Below, piece by piece: positions 1 to 10,110 of a stretch of DNA of 64,000 nucleotides. Source of the DNA: Chrysemys picta bellii (taxonomy: Eukaryota); the NCBI RefSeq assembly GCF_011386835.1, contig NC_088796.1, positions 73,842,001 through 73,906,000 on the forward strand, in the 5' to 3' direction. How positions within the stretch are numbered: the stretch's first letter is position 1; every line of letters starts with the position of its first letter. The position numbers and the translations under genes are program-made. Under the pieces are notes generated by a model that was not told the DNA's origin, did no database searches, and was given only the letters and a program-made list of their open reading frames with translations.

Positions 1-179
1 TTTCACAAATGACTGTCATTCAATTACCAGGTTAAAAGATCTGTCCCTTGTCATACAGATTTACAACCATTTATTCTGTAAAGCGTACAAGACATTAGCC
101 AACACCAATATTTGTTTAATTCCTTAAAAAAAAGAACTTCTTTGCACTTCCACAAATTGCACTAGCTCTTGCTCAGTAA

Positions 180-496
180 GGTTAGGTCTACACTTGGAGC
201 TGAAGGTGTAACTCCTGGCTCAAGGAGAGACACTCGTGGTAGTTCTCATAAAGTTAGCACACTAAAAATAGTTGGGTAGCCACAGTAGCTCTGGCAGCGG
301 CAAGTGGAGACTGAAGTTGCTCACTCCAAGTACAGGTTTGTATTCAGTGCAGCTAGCCCATGCTGCTGCTGCTCACCCCTGCCCATGCTACCGTGGCTGT
401 ACTATTATTTTGATCTCACTGGCTCAATGACAGCTAGTACAAGTATGTCTAGCCAGGATGGAAATCATACCCCTAGCTTCAAGCATAGACATAGCC
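180..496. mobile_element. PIF/Harbinger-type MITE
   Basis: Imperfect TIRs GGTTAGGTCTACACTTGGAGCT and (rc) GGCTATGTCTATGCTTGAAGCT; TAA on both sides (177-179, 497-499), the typical Harbinger TWA target duplication; no coding capacity. Confidence 0.8.
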
Positions 497-904
497 TAAT
501 TCTGTAATTTTATTGATGTTACCCTGTCCTACTTCTCCAAATCCCTCCTACTGTCTTTTTATCTGCTACTTATATCACATCTGATATTTCCAGTATTTCC
601 ATGATCTTATCCTTTTATTTGTATTGCTGTGACCTAGCACATTTATGGAAGCTATGAGACATACATTAATAAGTCTAATGCTTCTACATAGGAACTCCAC
701 CCATTTGCCTCTGGCCAAGGACCCTGTCTTCTGGGTGGTAGTGGTCAGGCTTCCAACAGGAGACCTGTGTTTATTGGTATTCTGTGTGGGCTCTCCAAAA
801 GAAAAGGCCAGTTCCAGATTAAATAATGTGTGATGTTTCCACACCCCAAATGCAGTCGTTGGTCACCCCAGCAATGTTTACAAATTAAAGAAATCAATGA
901 ACAC

Positions 905-1385
905 GTGGCAATTCTTCAACAAAAAAATTCAAAAACAGACTCCAACGAGAAACTGCAGAACTGGAATTAATTTGCAAACTGGACACCATCAAATTAGGCC
1001 TGAATAAAGACTGGGAGTGGATGGATCATTACAAAAAACTAATTTCCCCCTACTGTTACTCACACCTTCTTGTCAACTGTTTGAAATGGGCCACCCTGAT
1101 TACATTGGCCTCATTACCACTACAAAAGTGATTTTCCTCCCTTGGTATTCCACTTTGAGAATAGCCAACTTCCACCTTAATTGAATTGTCTCATTAGCAC
1201 TGACCCCCCCCATCTTTTCATGTACTGTGTATTTATACCTGCCTACTGTATTTTCCACTCCATGCATCTGATGAAGTGGGTTTTAGCCCACAAAAGCTTA
1301 TGCCCAAATAAATTTGTTAGTATCTAAGGTGCCACAAGTACTCCTCATTGTTTTTGCTGATACAGACTAACACAGCTACCACTCA
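905..1385 (+). mobile_element. Penelope-like element 3' fragment (end of GIY-YIG endonuclease region plus pseudo-LTR)
   Basis: Translates (one indel) to VAILQQK..FKNRLQRETAELELICKLDTIKLGLNKDWEWMDHY, resembling the C-terminus of PLE ORFs. It is followed by a pLTR-like tail containing CTGATGAAGTGGG...AAAGCTTATGCCCAAATAAATTTGTTAG. Confidence 0.85.
1264..1303 (+). ncRNA. Minimal type I hammerhead ribozyme relic in the Penelope pLTR (probably inactive)
   Basis: Stem I GCAT/ATGC; core CTGATGA (1268-1274); stem II GTGGG/CCCAC; the GAAA box reads AAAA (1292-1295); palindromic stem III AAGCTT. Confidence 0.6.
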
Positions 1386-1393
1386 ACGTACAC

Positions 1394-1563
1394 CAGTGGT
1401 TCTCAACCTATTTACCATTGTGGGACGCATAGGCAGCTCTCTATGTGTTATGTGGGCCGCATCCACACAATACATATACTACCTGTATGGCCCTGAGAAT
1501 GTCACATGGGCCACTGCTGTGTGCTGATTGGGCCACAAGTGGCCCATGGGCTGAGAACCACTG
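1394..1563. mobile_element. hAT (Charlie-like) MITE
   Basis: TIRs CAGTGGTTCTCAACC / GGCTGAGAACCACTG; degenerate 8-bp TSD ACGTACAC / ATGTACAA. Confidence 0.8.
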
Positions 1564-2890
1564 ATGTACAAAATGGACAGAAGGCAGGCAGGTGATCTGA
1601 GTGGCTTTATTTAAACTAAGAAGGGAATAGAAAAGTGAAAATAGAGAATTGCAAGTAGACTAATACAATAAAAAAACCAACACACAAATGAATCCACATA
1701 TTTTCCCCCCTCTGTTCCCCCAAATGGATCCCATTTTGCAAGGTCCAATTTCTAACACACATTAAGGGTGATGAGAAGTCATTGAAACAATCTGTCTGAA
1801 GTGCACAACTGTTGGCCAATATAAAGACAGTTCGAGCCATTCCCAAAAATAAGGAATTCAAGTGATGGGGCATGCCAATATGCAGAGATGGAAGGCATGA
1901 AAAATTGATAGATCAGAGCCCTTACAACCACTGTGTCTACGTGCACATGTGTGGTTGTGGACTCTGGTTTAGTTAAATTGTTATCAACCCTTAACTAGTT
2001 CACTCAGTGTTTCCTAGTTGTAATGAAGGCGCATTGCAAGGCCGTCCTGATGAGGGCAAGGCCACGCAGTCCCTCACTTCTGAGAAGGGTCTCTCTGCTT
2101 CAGGTTGTGCATCTGGATCAGGGAGATGCTCTGCCCTGGAGTTTTGCCTGTTGTCCTTACTGGCACCACCAGACAGGATTTGGCCCTTAATTTCTTGAGC
2201 AATTTATGAAGCACAATTGTCAATCATGGGTGCTTAAAGTCAGGCACCTAAAGCCCCATTTAGGCACCAAAGTGCAAAGTGTTTTGGTCTAAGGTGCTAA
2301 TACCCACTGCTCCCACAGGCTGCAAAAGCAGGGCACATTCTTACCAGAGATGCCTAAAAATCTGGATTTAATTGCCTGACCTCAGGCACCCAATTCAACA
2401 ATTTTGGTGAAACCATCAAACCAAACATCTGAAATGGCCAGTTGAGGGAAGTCTATCCCTTGCTTTAAGAAACCATTATTTTAAGGAACTTTACTTTTTT
2501 CCATATCTGACCTTTGGCCCAGATAAATGTCGATATGCAAATATTTACTGCCCCTCTCCTCATTCCCACCGAGTCCCTGATATCTTTGTCTTTCTCCTCA
2601 CTACCACCTCTAGTTTATCTGTGTTTTAGAAAAAAGAGGTCATTTCTCTATTCTTATGTCAGCTTCTTCCTTGTACTTCTCCCACAGGCAATCACACCAA
2701 GGTTTCCCTTGAAACTGAAGATGGAGGAACAAAGGAGCCACTGGAGGCTGCCTCTTCCTCCTGCAACAGTAATGGGTTGTTGCAGGCCTTCAGCAGCACT
2801 AAGGGGGATGCATACAACCCATTCTTGTAAAATGCAACTTTTTATAAACATGTTTCTGAATATGCAATGGGGAGTGAGTTTCCATAGTGA

Positions 2891-4190
2891 TGTTGTGTGA
2901 GAGACCAAAGGGAATAAGGGAGCTGCCTGCAGAAGACTTGAAGCCTGGAGCAGGCTTAGTAAATGAGATAACTAGACACTCCTGGCATAGGAAGGGAACC
3001 TCAAGCAGCTAGAGTCTTATATGACAGCTAAAGCAGTTGTTGGACAGGGCTGATTCTGGGAAGACTACAAGGGAGTCAGCTCTAAGCAGGACAGCTGCAA
3101 GCCAAACCTCAGGCCATCCCCCTAAGAACTGAACTAGGGTTACCATATCTAATAAATAAAAAAAAAGGACCCTCCATGGGCCCTGGCCCCGCCCTTTTCC
3201 CACCCCCTAGCCCCCACCCCAACTCTGCCCCTTCCCCACCCTAACTCCGCCCCCTCCTCCCTCCCACTCCCAGCCACACGGAAAGGGCTGCCTGAGCGCT
3301 ACCGGCTTCACGGTTTGCCGGGCAGCCCCCAGACCCTGCGCCCCCGGCCGGCGCTTCCCCAGCGCAGCTGGAGCCTGGGAGGGGAAGCGCCCAGCCGGGG
3401 GCGCAGGGTCTGGAGGCTGCCCGGCAAATCGTGAAGCTGGTAGCGCTCGGGCTTCGGGCAGCCCCCGTGCCTCCGGACCCTGCGCCGCCGGAGCCCGGGA
3501 GGGGAAGTGCCCGGCTGGGGACGCAGGGTCCGGAGGCACGGGGGCTGCCCGAAGCCGGTAGCGCTTGGGCAGCCCGGCTCTGAAACAGAGCCGAAGAGTC
3601 GGGGAGGAGCAGAGCCGCCGCGGCTGGAGACTCTGCTCCTCCCCTGACTCTTCGGCTCTGTTTAAGAGCCGAGCTGCCCCAGCGCTACCGGCTTCAGGCA
3701 GCCCCCGTGCCTCCGGACCCTGCGCCGCCGGAGCCCGGGAGGGGAAGTGCCCGGCCGGCGGCTGGGGTCCGGAGGCAAGGGAGCTGCCTGAAGCCCATAG
3801 CGCTCGGGCAGCTCGGCTCTTAAACAGAGCCGAAGAGTCAGGGGAGGAGCAGAGCCGCCATTTTCCCGGACATGTTCGGCTTTTTGGCAATTCCCCCCGG
3901 ACGGGGGTTTGACTGCCGAAAAGCCGGACATGTCCAGGAAAAAGAGGACGTATGGTAACCCTAACTGAACAAAAAGGACTCTGAAGGAACCCTTTCACTC
4001 ACCCGGGCTCTGAGGTAAAAACCAGGCCTTGGGACAGATTTTTGGGACTAAGTTTTATTTTTCAGTTATTTGTCTGAATAAACCCAGACCCCAATAATGG
4101 TGGTTGGTGACTGGATGAGCAAGTGTGTGGAGTTTCTGTAAAAGGGCCTGGAAGAGGGAGAATAAAGAGCAGAGCAGTGCAGATAACACA
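2891..4190. mobile_element. Putative solo LTR, interrupted by the 3135-3963 element
   Basis: TG...CA-bounded segment of LTR-like composition with AATAAA near the right end (4076, 4161); no convincing TSD, so boundaries are approximate. Confidence 0.35.
3135..3963. mobile_element. Non-autonomous hAT (Blackjack-type) element with GC-rich internal modules
   Basis: TIR TAGGGTTACCATA / TATGGTAACCCTA; flanks AACTGAAC (3127-3134) and ACTGAAC (3964-3970), consistent with an 8-bp TSD that lost one A; CpG-rich interior with repeated modules. Confidence 0.85.
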
Positions 4191-5734
4191 TGGGGGGCAG
4201 ACAACTTGTTTACTTGTTGTCCTGGGGTCAATGGGTTCTCTTCTGTATCTGGGGAAAACAAGAGAAATGAATAGGAAAGCAAACACACAAACTCTATTCC
4301 AGCTTATTTGATCCTACCTGGAACACTGAAAGGACTTGCCTACTATCTTCTTATTGGCACAACCCAAGACATTCTTCCAACTTGCATCTTTCAATACTAT
4401 GCATGCCTCAAACATTCCCTGTGGGCACAGCACACATTTCCAATGTCCATCTACCTGTAAAACAAAGTCTATTCAGAGCCTCAAGGCACAAGTGCACTTA
4501 GAAGAATAGAGCTATCACTTGCCTTCAAGGGAAAAGAGAGTGGAGTATCCATAGGGAATCTTTTTTCCCCCCTCTAGTCTGATTTGAAAAGAGAGAATTA
4601 TAAAAGAGATATGGTCCAGGAGTGACCTTAGCATTCCTGCTACCCATGCTGGTGGAGTTCCAGCGAGCTGCAGAAACAATGTTTTTAGGACACTATTCTA
4701 CAATGTGCTGAGGAATTCACATGACAGCTTCCAAGGACTCCCATTAGCTAGTGTTAAGAGGATCTTACAGGTATAATTTTTGCCAATGCAAAAATATGAT
4801 CAGGACTACTCAGAGTTTCCCATATCAACCTCAATTTTCACTTTGCTAGATCAGGCTCTTAATGTCCCAACTGCATTAATTCATCCCCTGAGTAAATACC
4901 TCGTCAACCACTCAGCACTCAAAAATTTCAGAGCAGGACCTAGGCCAGAAAGGTCAAAAAAGAAAGATGACATCCATTATGAAGAGAGGTTTCAGATAAG
5001 GAGCTATAAAGGGGAAAAAAAGGTGGTCACATAATAAATAGACAAAAGCCATACTCAGATTCTAGGGTGGATCTGAATCTGCCAGAAGGAAAAAAAATGA
5101 CCTGGGGGGTGGGGGTGGAATCTAAAAGTAGACACTAAAATAAAGTGAAATGAGCAATTAATATCTCATCTTCATTCTGAGACATGTCATCTAGTCTGAC
5201 AGGAAATTCTGAGTTAGCTTAATCACTTTTTTTGCATAGGTAAGAATTATATTTGCACAATTCCTTTGCCTCTCTTACACTCGTGGAACTTGAGGTGGCT
5301 ACAGCCAACTGACTTGCAAAGATGTGCTTGCAAATTTGATATGGTGTTGTGTCAGTGTTACTTTATGTGACTGAGCATCATATTGTGAAGGTTGATTAAG
5401 GTGGAATAGAGACAAATTGATGACAATTATGTTGGGCAGCAAGCAAAGCTCTACTGACAATAATGAAAAACAATTACTTTGATATCATTTTTTAAAACAA
5501 TAGTGTGCTGAAGCATACAAATTCCTACTGATTTCTTTACTAAGCTTCTCACTGTGATGAAAGCAAAATTGTCCCAATAGGGGAACTACACACAGAATTT
5601 AAAAAATTAATGTACAGATTAAAAGAGATAGTTATGCAACCTGTTTTAATAGTGAGTAAATTAAGATTGACAATAGTCTTTCCTTGAATCACAAGCTTGT
5701 TACAGCATTATGTCATGATAGCTGAGTCATGATA

Positions 5735-6525
5735 TAGATTCACATGTTCATAGATTATAAACACAGGCCATAAGATTTCCCTAAATTAATTTTTGTTTGA
5801 ACTAAAGCATATTTTTTTACTAAAATGCCCAATCTTGATTTTAAAATTACCAGTGATGGAGAATCCACTTTGTCCCTTGGCAAATTGTTCCAATGGTTAA
5901 TTACCTCTACTGTTAAAAATTTATACTTTATTTCCAGTCTGAATTTATCTAGCTTCAATCTCCAGCCATTAGATCTTGTTATACCCTTTCCTCCTAGATT
6001 ACCACATTTTTCTTCCCCATGTAGGTAGTAACAGATTGTTTCCAAGTCACCCCTCAACCTCTCTTTGTTAACCTAAATAGATGAGGTCTTTGAGTCTCTC
6101 ATTATAAGGCACGTTTTTGGGTTATTTAATCAATCATTCTCATGACTCTTCTCTGAAGCCTCTCCAATTTATCAACATCCTTCTTGAACGGTGGGCACCA
6201 GAACTGACCACAGTATTCCAGCAATGGTCACACCAGTACCAAATACAGAAGTAATATAACCTCGCTACTCCTACTCTAGATTCCCATTTATACATCCAAA
6301 GATTGCTTTTGGCCACAGCATCACATTGGAAGTTTGTATTCAGCCAATAACCCCACATCTTTTTCAGCGTCACTACTTCCCAGGACAGAATCTCCCATCC
6401 TGTAAGTATGGCCTACATTCTTTGTTCATTGATATATAATTTTACATTTGCACGTATTAAAACGTATATTGTTTGCTTGCTCCCTGCTTACCAAGAGATC
6501 CAGATGATTCTGCATCAGTGACACA
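5735..6525 (-). mobile_element. CR1 LINE, 5'-truncated 3' fragment (end of ORF2)
   Basis: Minus-strand peptides GWRLKLDKFRLEIKYKFLTVEVINHWNNLPRDKVDSPSLVILKSRL and QCDAVAK..., YFCIWYWCDHCWNTVVSSGAHRSRR match the CR1 ORF2 C-terminal pattern; many frameshifts. Confidence 0.9.
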
Positions 6526-9500
6526 GGTGAACAATTTTTATAGATTATGGGGTTGAAAACACTCATTGACTGCAGTGGCAACAAAATTAGGCACAGAGAG
6601 TAACATTTCCTAAATTATGTAAGTGATTTAGAAGCATAAACCCTATTTTCATGAGTGACTTACGAGCCTAAGATTTAATGAAATCCAATGGGATCCCACT
6701 GATGTTCACTTGTGTTGAAACTGGGGCTTACCTAAATCATTTAGGTGCTTTGATAACTGTACAGTATATGAATTACTTAATCATATACTGTAAAAATTAA
6801 AATTGTACAGTAAGTTAATTTGAATAGTATTGTAGTAATTTTAACATTTGCATACATTCACCATGTTCTTGGGTCTTTTACTGATAATTACCAGTCAATA
6901 CACCTACTCAGAAGTAGTGGACACAGCTCCATTAGGGCATTAAGAGTTTGTGATATGCAGGTAATGCTCAATAATATAATTTCACTCTATTTGTCCTTTG
7001 AGTGACAGGTCTACCAATAGAGCAATTTATAACAAATATTGTATTTCATGAATTTAACTTTTTTCTGTTTGCAGATTGTCCTCTAGCAATTTTCTCAAAT
7101 TTATTCTTTATTCAATTAAATGTTTAGCATATTTAATTTAGTCTATGACTTGCTCTTTGAAAACTGAAATTTAAATTATGCTGTTTCCCTGTAATGGACA
7201 TGAGTCAAATGATACTGTTTCGGGTTCCTGATCAAATCAATGAAACTCTTATAAAAAAATTCTGGTGTAAATATTCACTGAGAGCAAATTTAAATTTCAC
7301 ATTTTGCAAGTATTCAAACATGTAAGCTTAAAATTCACTTTGCACAAGCTTTTGTGGTAGTAAAACGCAATCACATAAACATTCAGACAGCAAACAATAA
7401 AAGGGCATACACACAGTTACTATGGTGATGAGAGCCATTATAAGAACCTGAATTGAATAGAACACAGCTAAACTGAACTCATTTTAAAATTCACATGAAT
7501 ATTCACATAATATTTTTGCAGTGTTCACTCAGCATCCTCAGCTGGTGTATCTTGGCTTAGCTTCATTGACTTCAGTGGAGCTGTGCCAATTTACACAGGA
7601 TGAGGGGCTGACCCATCAAGTTTTAGAAAGTAACTGAATTTCCATCTAATTATTTCAAACTCCAGAATAATTTTATTTTCATGACCATCCCACTCATTTT
7701 ACTAGATTGCACCCACTGAACATTGGGGCCAACAGAAAACTGCTGGCTGTCAACCAAAACTGTTGTGAACAAATGTCCAGGACAAAAGAGTGAGGACAAA
7801 CACCTGCTCACATCTAGGTCCTTTAAACTGCCTGCTAACCAAACATAAAAGGGTTAAAATGAGATCTTATCTGCTTGGTTATCATTTACATCCAAAAGAT
7901 AGCAGAGTTTGCATTATAATAATGTCCCGTCTCGATGGAAAAGAACGTGCCTACATCTCTGAACAACATACACACAGTATTCTTCTATTCAAGATACTCG
8001 GTTGTAGAGTAATGAGAGTCAGAAGTTCAGTTTTTCCAAAGCAAGAAAGCAGTGGTAGCCTGAGCAGTTTTTCATAATCCATGACAAAAAATGTGATCTA
8101 GTTACAGAAATCATAAACCCAAACCCAAAACCATCCAGAAGTGAAAAAATGTCTACACTTCTTCGGACTATATTTTCCTTTGCGCAGACTAAGCAATTCA
8201 GGATAGTTTGGTTCATCCAATCAAACTTTTTCACATATTCAGAAGAAAATAAAGTGTCATTTGTATAAAGCCGAAAAACTAATAATCATTTGCAGAATGC
8301 CTATTGACTACAGACAGATATGTAACCAAATGACAGTCTGCCATCCAATGACATTTACGATGAGAAAAATATTGATTTAAATATGAACACTTGACATTAG
8401 AAGCATTAATAGGTTCTTAAAATGGATTAATTTTTGCTCTTCTATAATCTGACTAACCACTGTAAAAAATATCAATCATTAATATTTGATTCAGGTCTCA
8501 AAACTATCCAATTACGGTTACATGCGTGCATGCCAACTACTCATCAAATCCTCCAGCAGTATTTGATATAAAGTACAAGGCGGTCACTAAATTCACTATA
8601 ATGAAGGAAAAGATATAGAGTTTATTTACCACTCCCCACTCAGAGTTTTAATTTGGTTTTTTAAACCGCAGCCCAGATATGGGGACTCAAAAGTGCACCA
8701 CCACAGGAGAAGCTTCTGGAGTCTAATCCGTAGGACTGGTCAAAACTTTTTTTAAAATAGAAAATAAAGTTTTTGAAAAAAATTGAAATGTTTCAGTGAG
8801 AAAAGTATCTGCTTTCCATGGAAAATTTTGACTTTTCATAAAAAAATGAAAATTAAAACTGTCAATTCAGAAATGTTGTAACATTTAGTTTTGACTATTT
8901 TTGACATTCCCGAATATGGGAAAGGTCTTGACTTGTACTTGCAAAACTTGCTTGCATATGTTCACACACATTTGTTCATGTAAATCTGTTAATTTTGAAA
9001 ACAATAGGGTATTTAGGGATGCAAATATCATGGGAGACATACAATTATCAAATTACATATTTATGTATTTTTATACATTGTATATTTTTGCAGGCACCAG
9101 AAGCCCTCTATCTTCTGACACACTGACCATAAAGACAGCACATAGATTTTCAGAATGTAAAGACCAAGTTCCATGCAGACCTACTTTACTGAAAATGCAC
9201 CCCAGTCAGCTGATTGCATATAAAAAGGGTTCTCGGTGCCTAAATATCCATATGCTCATAATGTGGCATATAGCTGCCTAATTTGCATGCATAATCACTA
9301 TCATTGCATACACAATTGCACAGATATATTTCTATGTGTGGACTTTGACATTTAAATTTTAAAATATGGCCCTATATGTACACCATCATCTGTGCTGTCT
9401 TCTTAAACCATGTTTAATTAAGACGGAACAAATAAGTATGATTTTGAAGGAGTGGATATGCCAAGCAAAGTATTTTTGAAATAAATAGTTTATGAAGCCT

Positions 9501-9779
9501 AAATATTGTGCATAGCATACAGTTTGACTGTTATCAGTTCCAAGTCTGGCAGCACCGAAAATTTCTCACTGTTCCATTCTATTCTTTATTAATTCTTATA
9601 CTACCCTCATCCATCATCAGATTATCTTCCAGAAGAGCATTGTCATATGACTAGCATTTGTCCCACGTGGAACTCTTTGTCCCTTTGCTTCTCCGGGGGG
9701 AAATTGTGAATTTTAAAATTTGTTTGAATTTTTTAAAGTTATTTATCTATATTATTCTATGTGTGTGACTGTATTAAAG

Positions 9780-10110
9780 GTGAGGTCACAGAAACGCATG
9801 GAATGGTGAGTGATGCCAGTTGAGGTGATTCTTGTACGCTATGGGATTTTGTTCCACAGCCTCAGCTGAACCCCTGAGAAAGCTCAGACTCTTAAAGTCA
9901 CACTTTACCTTTGCAGCTCCATTGTGCCTGAGGTGCAGAGTAGTCAGTCATGGCCCTCATCCTGGAGCCCAGGGCAGTGGGCATTTGGAAGGACCGAGTT
10001 GCTGAATTTATCTGGATATTCTATAGGAAGTTGATGTAGAGAGTGGACAACAGGTCTGATGAATTTACAGTGAATCTGTGTTGCTGAGTAGACTTGCTAA
10101 CTGGCTTTCA
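9780..10110 (-). mobile_element. Ancient L2-like LINE fragment
   Basis: Minus-strand IRPVVHSLHQLPIEYPDKF resembles the L2 ORF2 motif ITPVLxSLHWLPIxYRIKF; boundaries are approximate. Confidence 0.5.

Noticed and set aside
3207-3998. 263-aa ORF and overlapping ORFs as a real gene
   Set aside because: Low-complexity Pro/Ala/Gly/Arg translation of a GC-rich repetitive MITE interior bounded by TIRs and a TSD; several frames are open for compositional reasons.
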